A stretch of DNA of 64,000 nt from Obrimoposthia wandeli (lineage: Eukaryota), in contig CDROCS010002866.1 in the NCBI GenBank assembly GCA_977020255.1, positions 1-64,000 of the forward strand, given 5' to 3'. The notes beneath the pieces are model-generated. The model did no database searches and had not been told where the DNA came from. It worked only from the letters and a program-made list of their open reading frames with translations. The position numbers and the translations under genes were made by a program. Shown here piece after piece: positions 37,600-48,495 of the stretch (position 1 is its first letter; every line of letters starts with the position of its first letter).

Positions 37600-39234
37600 A
37601 TGGTAGATCAGCAAACTAATTTCGACTTTTTGATCATTGGTGCAGGTTCTGCAGGCTGTGTATTAGCGAATCGTTTAAGTGAATCAGGTAAGCATAGTGT
37701 GTGCGTACTTGAAGCCGGTGGCTCCGATGCTCGATTTTGGATACAAGTGCCAATTGGTTATGGTAAAACTTACTATCAGAAGGCCGTAAATTGGATGTTT
37801 GAAACCGTGCCGCAAGCTGGTCTTAATAACAAAACCAGCTACTGGCCCAGAGGGAAAGTGTTAGGAGGCTCAAGCGCGATTAACGCGATGGTGTACATTC
37901 GCGGTAATAAAAAAGATTACGATGATTGGGCTGCACTTGGCAACAATGGTTGGAGTTATCAAGACGTACTGCCTTATTTTAAAAAATCTGAAACGGCGCA
38001 AAGCGGTGACAAAAAATATCGAGGTAAATCAGGCCCTTGGTATATCTCTGATGTTAGCGCTGATATGCACCCTATGACGCAAACTTGGATTGCCGCTGGA
38101 CAAGAGCTCGGTATTGAGTACAACAGCGATTTTAATGGCAAGCAACAGCAGGGCATCGGTCGCTACCAGCAAAACACCAAAAATGGCTTTCGTATGTCTG
38201 CGGCCAAAGCTTATTTACATCCGGTAAAAAAACGTAAGAACTTAACCATTACCTGCCGCGCTCATGTCACGCGTATTTTGTTTGAGGGTAAAAAGGCTAT
38301 TGGGATTGAGTATTCACAAAAAGGGAAATTAACCAAAGTCTTTGCCCGTAAAGAGGTAATTTGTAGTGCAGGTGCGGTGCAATCACCGCAGCTATTAATG
38401 CTCTCAGGGATCGGCCCTAAGCATCATTTACAGCAGCATAGTATTGAGTTAGTTCATGACAGCCCGCATGTTGGCCAACATTTACAAGATCATTTAGGCG
38501 TCGATTTTTTATACAAATGCAATCAACCCACTTTGAATGACGAATTGCACAGCAGTTTCGGTAAGTTCTGGGCTGGGCTTAAATATATAACGATGCGCAA
38601 AGGGCCTTGCAGGTTAAGTGTCAACCAAGGCGGTGGTTTTGTCCATTGTGATGGTGAAACAGAACAACCGAATTTACAGCTGTACTTCTCCCCTGTCAGC
38701 TACACCAAAGCACCTGAAAAAACCCGACCACTGATGAACCCTGATCCTTTTTCAGCTTTTTTAATTGGCTACTCCAACTGTCGTGTCAAATCTGAGGGAC
38801 AGATAACACTGGCTAGTAATGATCCTTTCGCAGCACCCGTAATAGACCCTAATTATTTATCCCACCCCGATGATATAGCACTGATGCTTAAGGGATCGAA
38901 ACTGATGCGCAAATTAGCGCAAACTAAGGCTTTTCAAACAGTGATTACCCAAGAAGTGCGACCAGGCGTCGATTATCAAACTGATGAGCAGCTGATGCAA
39001 GATATCAAAGATTACGCTTGGACGGTGTTTCATCCTTCTTGCACTTGCCGAATGGGAAAAGATACCACCACCAGCGTGGTTGATGCTCGCCTTGCGGTGC
39101 ATGGCATAGAGAACTTGCGCGTGTGCGATACTTCTATTATGCCGTTTTTAGTGTCGGGTAATACCAATGCGCCTACTATTATGATTGCAGAGAAAGGGGC
39201 TGATATGATTTTAGAAGATCATCGGCTGAATTGA
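37600..39234 (+). CDS. GMC oxidoreductase (choline/alcohol dehydrogenase-like)
   Basis: GAGSAG, RGKVLGGSSAIN, GQHLQDH, FHP, GNTNAP. Confidence 0.93.
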   Translation: MVDQQTNFDFLIIGAGSAGCVLANRLSESGKHSVCVLEAGGSDARFWIQVPIGYGKTYYQKAVNWMFETVPQAGLNNKTSYWPRGKVLGGSSAINAMVYIRGNKKDYDDWAALGNNGWSYQDVLPYFKKSETAQSGDKKYRGKSGPWYISDVSADMHPMTQTWIAAGQELGIEYNSDFNGKQQQGIGRYQQNTKNGFRMSAAKAYLHPVKKRKNLTITCRAHVTRILFEGKKAIGIEYSQKGKLTKVFARKEVICSAGAVQSPQLLMLSGIGPKHHLQQHSIELVHDSPHVGQHLQDHLGVDFLYKCNQPTLNDELHSSFGKFWAGLKYITMRKGPCRLSVNQGGGFVHCDGETEQPNLQLYFSPVSYTKAPEKTRPLMNPDPFSAFLIGYSNCRVKSEGQITLASNDPFAAPVIDPNYLSHPDDIALMLKGSKLMRKLAQTKAFQTVITQEVRPGVDYQTDEQLMQDIKDYAWTVFHPSCTCRMGKDTTTSVVDARLAVHGIENLRVCDTSIMPFLVSGNTNAPTIMIAEKGADMILEDHRLN

Positions 39235-39270
39235 GTTGCGAGTTGCGAGTTGCGAGTTGCGAGTTGCGAG
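39233..39270. repeat. 7-bp tandem repeat (GAGTTGC)x5
   Basis: Read directly; 1.7 further units at 36121-36132. Confidence 0.95.
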
Positions 39271-39365
39271 GGTATGTTTTAATAGTTTAATCACTAAAGG
39301 TATTTATCAATGTCGGACATTACTATAATCTGGAAAATTATTTTTTAGCTTCACAGTAGAGTAAA

Positions 39366-39887
39366 GTGGATATGATTGATTGCCCTTGCGGTTCAAGCAA
39401 AAAATTTGCGGCCTGTTGTGCCTTAGTTCATCAAAATGAGCTATTAGCCATTAATGCTGAGCAGTTGATGCGCGCTCGTTACAGTGCCTTCGCCACTGGC
39501 AATGTTGATTTTGCGGTAAACACTTACCACTCTAGTTGTAATGCACAGTTAGATAGAGATGGGATTGCCGATAGCACACAATTAAACTGGGTCAAACTTG
39601 AAATAGTGTCTAGTAGCAAAACCACTGAACAAAACTCAAAAATAGACTCTGAACTAAGTGCAGAAGCTTTTGTAGAATTTAAAGCGTGGTACATGGAAGA
39701 TAATTCAAGCACGCTGCATTTGATGCACGAGAAATCACGATTTGTAAAAGAACCTGTGGGAACTGATTTATGCTGGCGCTACATTGATGGCGTGTTTATG
39801 GATCAGAAGCCGAGCCCAAAAATCAGCCGCAACGCTCTATGCCCATGTAATAGCGGAAAGAAATACAAGCGCTGCTGTGCCCTATAA
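39366..39887 (+). CDS. ychJ: YchJ family SEC-C metal-binding protein
   Basis: CPCGS, AEQLMRARYSAF, HEKSRF, WRYIDG, C-terminal CPCNSGKKYKRCC. Confidence 0.9.
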   Translation: MDMIDCPCGSSKKFAACCALVHQNELLAINAEQLMRARYSAFATGNVDFAVNTYHSSCNAQLDRDGIADSTQLNWVKLEIVSSSKTTEQNSKIDSELSAEAFVEFKAWYMEDNSSTLHLMHEKSRFVKEPVGTDLCWRYIDGVFMDQKPSPKISRNALCPCNSGKKYKRCCAL

Positions 39888-40129
39888 AATGCGCTATAAG
39901 TAAAACAGATCAAAATCAGTAAAGAGCCTGAACGGCTAGTTTTGGCACTACAGCTGAAAACTATAACGAACTATGGATAACTTGATCCCCGCTTGTACAT
40001 CTTCTTAGGCAGAGTAAGCTTTTACTGGGAAATATAGCAGATAAAGGTTTTTTTCAAGCTATAACCTTAGATGTAAATTCAAGGCATTTACTAATGAAGG
40101 TAGTTTATTATCATTCTTAACAAAAACAC

Positions 40130-40162
40130 TTGAACCTAGAGTCAGCTCCAAGTATTTACAAT
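40130..40162 (+). promoter_or_regulatory. MerR-type (ZntR-like) long-spacer promoter/operator
   Basis: TTGAAC-CTAGAGTCAGCTCCAAGTAT-T-TACAAT; operator resembles the E. coli zntA dyad CTGGAGTCGACTCCAG. Confidence 0.6.
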
Positions 40163-40214
40163 TATAAACAATATACTGGTGCCACATCAAAATAATGAAG
40201 AAAAGATATAATTT

Positions 40215-40502
40215 ATGCTTATCAAAACGCTAGCAGTGTGTACCGCAATGAGCTTAACACTCGCGGCAACTGTCACCCACGCCCATTCCACTGCGCAGCA
40301 TAAGAAAGAAAATTCAGAGAAACCTAACTGCTTAGCCATGAAAAAGATCGACCTTTCAAAAATAGATAAGAGTGACCCAGTAATGCAAGCGATGATGCAA
40401 CAATGCATGCCTACAGATGGGCACAAAGCTGAACAGCATAACGATGATGATAAAATAGATGAGCATGAAAAAAGTAATCACATAGCGGTGCCAAAAAAGT
40501 AA
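40215..40502 (+). CDS. Small exported His/Met-rich protein (putative metal-binding)
   Basis: Signal peptide, C...DPVMQAMMQQCM, His-rich. Confidence 0.7.
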   Translation: MLIKTLAVCTAMSLTLAATVTHAHSTAQHKKENSEKPNCLAMKKIDLSKIDKSDPVMQAMMQQCMPTDGHKAEQHNDDDKIDEHEKSNHIAVPKK

Positions 40503-40570
40503 ATTAGTGACAATATACGTAGCGAGTTTTATCGCTTCTATTTATCAGTTCAATTTTATCGTTAAAAATA

Positions 40571-41137
40571 GTGGACAGTTTAGTTAAATATATGAATTAC
40601 ATAAAATATACAAGTGTGATGTTAATCGTATTAGCGCTGTTAGCTACAGGTTTTATTTACTCAGGGGTATACCCTGTCGGCGCAGATAATAAGCATAATG
40701 CGCTCACGTTTTGGGTGTTAGACACATTGCGGAAAAAATCGATTGCACGCGCTTCAAATAATATCAAAGTGCCGCCTTTAGATGAGCCTCAGCTTTTATT
40801 GACTGGAGGTGCTGACTATAATGAGATGTGTTCTGGGTGCCATTTACAGCCAGGCAAAACAGAAAGTGACATGACCATTGGTTTATATCCTAAACCACCT
40901 AATTTAACTATCGCTGCAAAAGATCACGGTCACAGTCATGAAGGTGCCGGTAATAATGAGCTTCAGTCTGCAGCGCAACAACAGTTCTGGGTTATTAAAC
41001 ATGGCATTATGGCCTCGGGGATGCCGGCTTTTGGCCAAACTCATGATGATGAACGTATTTGGGCAATGGTCGCTTTTTTACAGAAACTGCCAGAATTAAG
41101 CCCTTTGCAATACCAAATTTTAACGGCTCGTAAATAA
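40571..41137 (+). CDS. c-type cytochrome (monoheme, membrane-anchored)
   Basis: CSGCH heme motif, GIMASGMPAF. Confidence 0.88.
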   Translation: MDSLVKYMNYIKYTSVMLIVLALLATGFIYSGVYPVGADNKHNALTFWVLDTLRKKSIARASNNIKVPPLDEPQLLLTGGADYNEMCSGCHLQPGKTESDMTIGLYPKPPNLTIAAKDHGHSHEGAGNNELQSAAQQQFWVIKHGIMASGMPAFGQTHDDERIWAMVAFLQKLPELSPLQYQILTARK

Positions 41138-41294
41138 GATATAGAGTTGTGGTTGCACTTAAGCGCTGATCAGCGACTTAGAATGGAAGGCACGCCTTAT
41201 AAATGAGGTACGCCTTCCTGTTATTGCTAACTTTTGAGCCTGTCTATTACTTTTTCTTTTAGCTTGGTTCTTATTTTAGCCCTTATCTCAGCCC

Positions 41295-41753
41295 TTACTT
41301 TAGCCCACCTCTTTTAATCCAAGCTGCATAGATTTCTTTCGTCCATAGACTTTGAAAATAAGCAATAGTCGCCGCTTGTTCACTAGCTGTCAACTTGCTA
41401 TCAAACCCAGACATTGTGCCACCAAACTTTGCCCCTCCCTGTTTAACCGTTGCTTTGAGGCTCTTTAGAGAGTGATGCCAAGCGTGAGCTGATCCATTCA
41501 GCGGAGGTGGTGGGTATTTCCCATTAGCCAGCGGTTGACGCCATGTTTTAACTCCCTGTGCTTTTGCACCATGACAGGTTGCGCAATTGTCCAAAAATAC
41601 TTGCTTGCCTAACTCTAATTGCGATGGCGTATACCAACGCATCGCCACTGTAGGTTCACTTTCTGAACATCCTGCAAGAATCACAACCAGCGGCAAAATT
41701 ATCCCTAGAGACCTGCTGGTTTTGCTATTTATCTTGGGGACGCTGGTCTTCAT
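41295..41753 (-). CDS. c-type cytochrome lipoprotein
   Basis: LAGC lipobox, CATCH, HAWHH, MSGF. Confidence 0.88.
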   Translation of the reverse strand: MKTSVPKINSKTSRSLGIILPLVVILAGCSESEPTVAMRWYTPSQLELGKQVFLDNCATCHGAKAQGVKTWRQPLANGKYPPPPLNGSAHAWHHSLKSLKATVKQGGAKFGGTMSGFDSKLTASEQAATIAYFQSLWTKEIYAAWIKRGGLK

Positions 41754-41883
41754 CAGCTAGCTCCTTTTCACTTTTTTTATCAGCCAGTATTTTCCTCGAT
41801 AGCTGTTTGGGGTAGAGCCAAAACCACCAAATTATCGCCACCATTAGTAATAACCCTGCGGCATTAATTATCCACGCTAGCAT
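41725..41883 (-). CDS. 52-aa membrane peptide resembling the N-terminal TM of CupA-type cupredoxins (below ORF-track cutoff)
   Basis: [26 protein letters not shown]...; ATG overlaps the ATPase stop (TAATG). Confidence 0.55.
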   Translation of the reverse strand: MLAWIINAAGLLLMVAIIWWFWLYPKQLSRKILADKKSEKELADEDQRPQDK

Positions 41884-44702
41884 TAACTCACCTCCGTTTG
41901 ACATATATTTGGTGTTTCAGTTGTGGCATCTTGCGCTCTAATTCTACTCGTCTTGAAGAAACGTAATCGGTTGGCATTGCTGACCACCGTTACAGATGAC
42001 AACGACATTGCGACCCCTGCGATAACTGGACTTAGTAATATACCGGTCATGGGAAACAACACACCAGCCGCAATCGGAATTCCCATTGTGTTGTATGCAA
42101 ACGCACCCCATAAGTTCTGTTTGATATTTTTAAGGGTCGCTCGACTCAATTCTATAGCGTCGGCGATACCATGTAATGAACCGCGCATTAAAGTGATGTC
42201 AGCGCTTTCAATAGCGACATCAGCACCTGAGCCAATTGCAAACCCCACATCTGCTTGAGCCAAAGCTGGGGCATCGTTGATGCCATCTCCAGCCATGGCC
42301 ACTATTTCACCCTGCGCCTGCAAACTACGAATTTCTGCTAATTTATCTTCAGGTAATAGCTGGGCGCGAAAATCATCAATTCCAGTCGCTTTTGCCACTG
42401 CCGCTGCAGTTGCTTGGTTATCCCCAGTCAACATCATTACTTTTACACCGCTAGCTTGTAAGCGTGTGATAGCTGACAAAGCATCAGGTTTAATAGGGTC
42501 AGCAATACCGAATAAAGCACTTAGCTTTGAGTTTATAGCGACATAAACCACCGTTCTAGCTTGTTGCTGCCAATATGCAGCCATCGCTTTAGCAGGTTCA
42601 ATATCGACTTTTTGTTGCACCATAAAGCGCGGGTTGCCAATAATGACATGCTGCCCATCTATGACCGCTTGTAGCCCCAAGCCAGATAGTGCTTGAAAGT
42701 CAGTGAAACTAAGGTCCACCGCTTCTGGTTGAATATAATTCATCAATGCTTCGCCAAGTGGGTGTTCCGAGCGCCCCTCTAGTGCGTGTATTAGCGATAA
42801 TGTATGCGCTTCATTAGGCTTATCAAATAAATGAGCGTCAGTGACTATGGGTTGGCCTGCGGTCAGTGTGCCCGTTTTATCTACAACGACTTGTGTCACA
42901 CGGCTGGCTTTTTGTAACGCCTCACCATTGCGAATCAAAATACCGTACTCAGCCGCTTTACCTACACCAATCATGGTTGAAATAGGCGTGGCCAAACCCA
43001 ACGCACAAGGGCAAGCTATTATCAGTACTGTGGTAGCGCTAACCAGCATGTAAACAATTTGCGGTTCAGGCCCAAAGTTGTACCAGAGCAAAGCAGTAAA
43101 AACTGCGATCAGTAATACAGCGGGGACGAAGATCGATGAAATTTGATCGGCCATTCGACTTATCGGCGGTTTGCTGTTCTGAGCCTTTCGCACCATTTCT
43201 ATGATTTGCGCTAATACCGTTGATTTTCCAACGCGAGTAGCTTTAAACGTTAGAGACCCATTGCGATTAAGCGTACCGGCAGATAATTCGTCACCCACAT
43301 TTTTTTTAACGGCAAGTGGCTCTCCAGTCAACATTGATTCATCCAATGTACTCTGACCTTCTGTTACTTCGCCGTCAACGGGTATTTGTTCCCCTGGGCG
43401 CACTTGAATTAAGTCATGCTGCATTACCTGATCTATCGGCAAATCCCGGAATACTCCCTCTCTAAAAACGCGCGCGGTTTTAGTTCGCAAATCTAACAAA
43501 CGCTTTATCGCTTGACTTGTGCGGCCTCGCGCTTTTAGCTCCATGGCTTGGCCAAGGTTAATTAAACCTATAATCATCGCCGCCGCTTCAAAATACATAC
43601 CTCTTGCAGTTTCAGGCAATATTTCGGGCATCAATACTACCACCATGGAATAGAGCCATGCAGCCGCGGTTCCCGTCGCTATCAGCGTATCCATGTTAGC
43701 ATTATGGTGTTTAAACGCTTTGAAAGCACTGATATAAAAATGACGCCCAGCCGTTAAAAGTACAGTCAAAGTCAGCAGCCCAACCACAGCCCATATTAGG
43801 CGTTCACCGCTGGATGAAACACTCATATCGTGTACTAAACTTATCAGCATCAGTGGTACACCTAAGCCTAAGCCAATCAGTGTATTTCTGATTTTACTCT
43901 TATAATCAGCGGCTTCGCTGCGCTCTTTTTGACGCTCAGCCTGCTCAGGGTCAAATATTTCGCTTGCGCCATAGCCCGCCTCAACAACGGCTTTAATCGC
44001 AGCTTCAGCGCTCACTTTATTGCCAGTGATCAAAGCACTACGACTGCCAAAGTTAACATTAATTGCAGTAATGCCAGCAACGGTATTGAGCGCATCTTCG
44101 ACGCTCTTAATACACGCAGCACAAGTTATCCCCTCTAGGGATAGGTGAATTTGTTGAAGTTCAGCAGATTGTTGTTTTGATTCAGCGATGCCTGATACAG
44201 CTTTTTCAGCTAGCTCAGCGGGCTTAGTATCATTCTTTGAATCTGTCTTAGCGGTTTGTGTGTTTGTCGAACTGATTATGGATTCAATACCATAATCTAG
44301 ACCTGAAACTAAAGTGATTATCTGCGAAGCTTTCAACACACTAGTCACAGACATTATCTGAGTTTTATAATCCGCTTCAACCACTATCTGTGAATCATAG
44401 TTAGCTAACACATTACGTACTTTTGCTAGGCAGCCATTACATTTAACCCCACTGGTCTTAAATTGCTGATATTGCGTAACTAGAGTTCGTGCTTGGTAAC
44501 CCAGTGTTTGAATTTGTGTAATGATTTGCTCAGCGGTTAAAAAGGAGTTAGCTGCAGCTGTTTTATTTTCTATATCAATTTTTAGCTCAATATCGGGATC
44601 AAGTGCTGACAGCAGCTTATCTATTTTTTTCACGCAGGCGCTGCACTTTACTCCTTCTAGAGCCAGTAACAGATCTGAATTTACTTGCTTCTCATCCGTC
44701 AT
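41883..44702 (-). CDS. copA: Copper-translocating P1B-type ATPase with three N-terminal HMA domains
   Basis: Three Cxx[38 protein letters not shown]. Confidence 0.93.
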   Translation of the reverse strand: MTDEKQVNSDLLLALEGVKCSACVKKIDKLLSALDPDIELKIDIENKTAAANSFLTAEQIITQIQTLGYQARTLVTQYQQFKTSGVKCNGCLAKVRNVLANYDSQIVVEADYKTQIMSVTSVLKASQIITLVSGLDYGIESIISSTNTQTAKTDSKNDTKPAELAEKAVSGIAESKQQSAELQQIHLSLEGITCAACIKSVEDALNTVAGITAINVNFGSRSALITGNKVSAEAAIKAVVEAGYGASEIFDPEQAERQKERSEAADYKSKIRNTLIGLGLGVPLMLISLVHDMSVSSSGERLIWAVVGLLTLTVLLTAGRHFYISAFKAFKHHNANMDTLIATGTAAAWLYSMVVVLMPEILPETARGMYFEAAAMIIGLINLGQAMELKARGRTSQAIKRLLDLRTKTARVFREGVFRDLPIDQVMQHDLIQVRPGEQIPVDGEVTEGQSTLDESMLTGEPLAVKKNVGDELSAGTLNRNGSLTFKATRVGKSTVLAQIIEMVRKAQNSKPPISRMADQISSIFVPAVLLIAVFTALLWYNFGPEPQIVYMLVSATTVLIIACPCALGLATPISTMIGVGKAAEYGILIRNGEALQKASRVTQVVVDKTGTLTAGQPIVTDAHLFDKPNEAHTLSLIHALEGRSEHPLGEALMNYIQPEAVDLSFTDFQALSGLGLQAVIDGQHVIIGNPRFMVQQKVDIEPAKAMAAYWQQQARTVVYVAINSKLSALFGIADPIKPDALSAITRLQASGVKVMMLTGDNQATAAAVAKATGIDDFRAQLLPEDKLAEIRSLQAQGEIVAMAGDGINDAPALAQADVGFAIGSGADVAIESADITLMRGSLHGIADAIELSRATLKNIKQNLWGAFAYNTMGIPIAAGVLFPMTGILLSPVIAGVAMSLSSVTVVSNANRLRFFKTSRIRAQDATTETPNICQTEVS

Positions 44703-45118
44703 TTTGAACTTTCCTGATTATTCCAATGTTCTATTAATGGGCATATTGCCGTGTCACTTGGCACACCATCTGGCATTTCTTTCCATGCCGACATCGCGCG
44801 CTCCATTCTCGTTAATTGCTCTTGCAGCTCAGCAATCTGTTTAGAAACTTTAGGTAATTGGCTCGCCATCAAATCACGCACCATAGGACAAGGGGAAGTT
44901 CCGCTATGCTGATGGTGCACTATCGTCTCGATATCATTTAAGTTAAACCCTAATAACCGCGCTTTCTGGGTAAAGCGTAAATGCTTAAGGGCGACTTCAT
45001 CAAACAGTTGATAACCGTTTTCAGGGTTACGCACCGGTTTAAGTAGCCCTATTCGCGTATAGTGGCGCACCGTATCTGCTGTAACACCCGCTTGTTTGGC
45101 AAGCTCGCTCACTTTCAT
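44699..45118 (-). CDS. MerR family metal-responsive regulator
   Basis: MKVSELAK...VRHY...GLL, NGYQ, C-terminal CP...ICPLI. Confidence 0.9.
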   Translation of the reverse strand: MKVSELAKQAGVTADTVRHYTRIGLLKPVRNPENGYQLFDEVALKHLRFTQKARLLGFNLNDIETIVHHQHSGTSPCPMVRDLMASQLPKVSKQIAELQEQLTRMERAMSAWKEMPDGVPSDTAICPLIEHWNNQESSK

Positions 45119-45170
45119 TTTTTAATCCTTGGTCCACTCTTATCGAATTTGCGTATTCTAATACTACCTT

Positions 45171-45202
45171 AGTGTAAAACATATGTGTTACACATAGGTC
45201 AA
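45171..45202 (-). promoter_or_regulatory. MerR-type promoter/operator of the merR-copA operon
   Basis: TTGACC-TATGTGTAACACATATGTTT-TACACT with a dyad in the long spacer. Confidence 0.7.
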
Positions 45203-45399
45203 GTGTATTAGAAAAATAGCTACTTGTTCTGCATTAGCACGAAATGGCGATAGCGGAAATCTAACTGAGTGATTGGATGGTGTTGGGCTTAATAACGAGA
45301 GGCAGTAATGATCATAATAAATAACAGCCCATTTCTATGCCTAAGCCGTGATTGACTTAGGGCTTAAAGCCTATGACCTATGAAATAAATAGATACCAT

Positions 45400-48300
45400 T
45401 TAATTTACTATCTTTAAATGAGAGCCTTGCTGATCTGTATGAATATCAATGCGTATTGGCATTTGTTCTTTAAGTTCAGCCACATGGGAAATAATCCCAA
45501 TCATACGTCCGCTGCGCTGCAAATCAACTAATGTACGAATCGCCAGCTCTAGCGCTTCTGCATCTAAACTGCCAAAACCTTCATCGATAAACAACGTATC
45601 TAACACGATGCCCCCTGCATAAGCTTGCACAACACCTGATAAGCCTAAAGCGAGTGCCAATGCTGCCATAAAGCTCTCACCGCCTGACAAGGTTGCCACA
45701 GATCGTACTTTGCCGGTGTATGCATCATCTACTTCTAACTCTAAACCCGAAGCTTTATTGCCTTTTGCACGCTGCTCTTTGCGTATTAACTGATAGCGCC
45801 CTTTGCTCATAATATGCAAACGACTACTCGCTTCTATCAATACATCATCCAACAAAGCGCTTAATACAAATCGCTGCAAACTTACCTTATCTGCAGTGAG
45901 TCCATTTGCTACATCACTTAAAGTACCCACCACTTTATACTGCGCTTCTAGTGCCGCATTTTTTTGAACACTGACGGCGATTTGCTTCGCTACATTTTTT
46001 AGATGCGATAACTGTTTATCAATGACTAGCCATGCTTGTTCTGCGGTTTGCTGTTTAGATAACAATGCTGCTAACTGCTGCTGTAGATTGTCTAAATTTG
46101 GTTCTTGCTGATTGAGAATGACATTTTTTTGCCCTTGCATTGCCACTTCAATTTCTTTGCGATGCAGTTCATAAGCATTTATTTCTTCACGCATTTCTTG
46201 TAGTTCTTGCAACGGTGTACGCGCTTGTAAGAAATCAATTTCAGCGCTAAATGAGCTATCTTCTAATGCTTGCTGCCACTGTTGGACTAAAGCCGTTAAT
46301 TGCTCATTAAGTGTGGTTAGTGCCTTTTGCTGTGCTGTGCTATTCGCTTGTGCTGCTTGCTCACCACCTTGTGCATTTGTGTAGGCTTGGGTTATTTGCG
46401 CGTATTGGTTTTCTAGTGTGGACTGACTTGTCATCAGCTCAGCTATAGCACTATCTAACGCGCCGATTGCTTTAAACTCATCGGGTAATTGTGTTAGACA
46501 ACGGGTTAACTCATTTTCAATGACCGCTAATGTGGTATCAGCACTCATTAACAATTGGTTATGATCACTATGCAAAAGCTCTGCTTGCGCTTGTAATTCA
46601 TCGAGCTGTACTGTTCGCTTGTGAGCTTGCTGTAAGTGCACTTTATGATCACCTAGCTGAGTGATTGCGCTCTGCGCTTTTTGCAGTACTTCATTCCAAT
46701 AGCTTAATAGTTCAAATTGCTCAACAGCCATGTTTTGCTGTTGCCATTCATTTTTGTACTGTGAAAATTGTTGAACAGCGCTATCTAGCTGAGCATTAAG
46801 CGCTTTATACTGTGCAGCTACACTTGAATAGTGCTCGCGCTGGGCAACTAACTTTTGCTCCCATTGCTGCGCGACCACTTTAGCATTATCAATTTGCTCT
46901 AAGGTAACTAGCACTTGCTCACTAGCAGCAATGTTTGGGTGCTGTTTTGAGCCGCAGACAGGGCAAGGTTCATCTACTTTTAGTTGTTGTGCTAAGTGTT
47001 GCGCTTGCGATAAGTGCCACTGCATTTCTAGCTGTTTTACGCCCTCTAATTGCTGATCAGTACTTGCTCTTACTTGGGCGCCAGAGGCTTTTAAATTTTC
47101 CAACTCTTGTTGAATAAGTAAAAGCTGTGCACGCAATTGCTCAATAGCGTTTAGTTGTTGAATTCTTTGTTCGGCAAAATTTTTGGTTGATTGTGGATCA
47201 ACAATCAACGCTATTGCTGCATCTTGGGTGGCTATTTTTGCCACCACTTTTTGCTTTTCTTCTTTTAAAGTCGCAATTTTTTGTGCCACTTTGGCCACAC
47301 CTTGTGCTGCCTGAACTTTTTCTCGGCTAGCTTTATCTCGCCCTGTTTGTAATTGCTTTAGCTCATCTGCACTTTTTAAATGGCGTTTATACTCTATATG
47401 CAACGCTTTAGTGGTATCAATTTTTTGTCTTATTTGCGGGCAGCGCTGTTGCTCAAGTGTGCTGTTTTGCAACGCTAGCTTACTTTGCTCTAGCACTAAT
47501 AACGATTGCTGATAAGCAGTGTCTAAGCTCGGTATTTGCAATTCAACATTGTGTTTTTGCTGATAAGCGCTATCAATAGTTTGTGCTATTTCACCTCTCA
47601 TTAAACGGTTTTTAACAGCCACTATGTGAGCTTGCTGCTGTTTGTGTTGCTGTTGTTGCTCAACTAATTGCTGCAATTGATCAAAAGCGCGCTTGAGGTT
47701 TTTTGCCTGCTCGAAGGTTTTAGTTGCCGCTAAATATTGCTGATGCTGCACCGCTTTAATTGCTAACGCGGCTTTTTCTTGATGGGCGACCTCTGCAATT
47801 TGAGTATCAAGTTGCTCGCTACTTTGTAAATCTAAGCTTTGTAACAGTCCGGCATTCAAACGCAGGATATCCCCTACTTCGCGCTTTAATACTGCCGCTT
47901 GATCTTTTAGGGTGTTTTCAATACGTTTATAAACAGAGGTGGCAAATAACTGGCTAAAAATAGCTTCTCTATCTTTTGAATCAGCCATTAATAGTTTTCT
48001 AAATTGTCCCTGTGGCAACACCATTACTTGACGAAACTGGTCAACATTCAAGCCTGTTAACTGTTCTATTTCAACGTTGGCTTCAGTCACTTTTTGACTG
48101 ACGATCACCTTGACCTCTTTACCTTCACGATCAATTATCCACAGTTGTGCCTGTGCCGCTTGACGGGTAAACCCTTCGCCTTTGGCTTTGGGCCTCGCTT
48201 GCTCAGGAATACGTTTAATTCGATAAAACTGATCTTTAATAGCAAAGCTTAATTCAACATAGGTTAATGCATCGTTGGCAGCATAATCACAGCACATTTG

Positions 48301-48492
48301 CCCTGCATCGCGTTCATCTCCCGTTGTTTTACCGTATAGGGCAAAACAGATGGCGTCTAAAATAGTTGTTTTACCAGCACCTGTCACACCGTTAATGAGG
48401 AAAAGAGGCTGCTCTCCTAACAAGCTAAAATCAATCGTTTCTACCGCTGCGAAAGGCCCAAAGGCACTCATTTTAAGAATTAATGGTCTCAC
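45400..48492 (-). CDS. sbcC: SbcC SMC-like nuclease ATPase
   Basis: GVTGAGKT, LPQGQF, CPVCG zinc hook, LSGGE, FIDEGFG. Confidence 0.95.
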   Translation of the reverse strand: MRPLILKMSAFGPFAAVETIDFSLLGEQPLFLINGVTGAGKTTILDAICFALYGKTTGDERDAGQMCCDYAANDALTYVELSFAIKDQFYRIKRIPEQARPKAKGEGFTRQAAQAQLWIIDREGKEVKVIVSQKVTEANVEIEQLTGLNVDQFRQVMVLPQGQFRKLLMADSKDREAIFSQLFATSVYKRIENTLKDQAAVLKREVGDILRLNAGLLQSLDLQSSEQLDTQIAEVAHQEKAALAIKAVQHQQYLAATKTFEQAKNLKRAFDQLQQLVEQQQQHKQQQAHIVAVKNRLMRGEIAQTIDSAYQQKHNVELQIPSLDTAYQQSLLVLEQSKLALQNSTLEQQRCPQIRQKIDTTKALHIEYKRHLKSADELKQLQTGRDKASREKVQAAQGVAKVAQKIATLKEEKQKVVAKIATQDAAIALIVDPQSTKNFAEQRIQQLNAIEQLRAQLLLIQQELENLKASGAQVRASTDQQLEGVKQLEMQWHLSQAQHLAQQLKVDEPCPVCGSKQHPNIAASEQVLVTLEQIDNAKVVAQQWEQKLVAQREHYSSVAAQYKALNAQLDSAVQQFSQYKNEWQQQNMAVEQFELLSYWNEVLQKAQSAITQLGDHKVHLQQAHKRTVQLDELQAQAELLHSDHNQLLMSADTTLAVIENELTRCLTQLPDEFKAIGALDSAIAELMTSQSTLENQYAQITQAYTNAQGGEQAAQANSTAQQKALTTLNEQLTALVQQWQQALEDSSFSAEIDFLQARTPLQELQEMREEINAYELHRKEIEVAMQGQKNVILNQQEPNLDNLQQQLAALLSKQQTAEQAWLVIDKQLSHLKNVAKQIAVSVQKNAALEAQYKVVGTLSDVANGLTADKVSLQRFVLSALLDDVLIEASSRLHIMSKGRYQLIRKEQRAKGNKASGLELEVDDAYTGKVRSVATLSGGESFMAALALALGLSGVVQAYAGGIVLDTLFIDEGFGSLDAEALELAIRTLVDLQRSGRMIGIISHVAELKEQMPIRIDIHTDQQGSHLKIVN

Positions 48493-48495
48493 TAA

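Noticed and set aside
45400-48492. Gln/Ala-rich low-complexity repeats in the 1030-aa ORF
   Set aside because: Ordinary SbcC coiled-coil arms.
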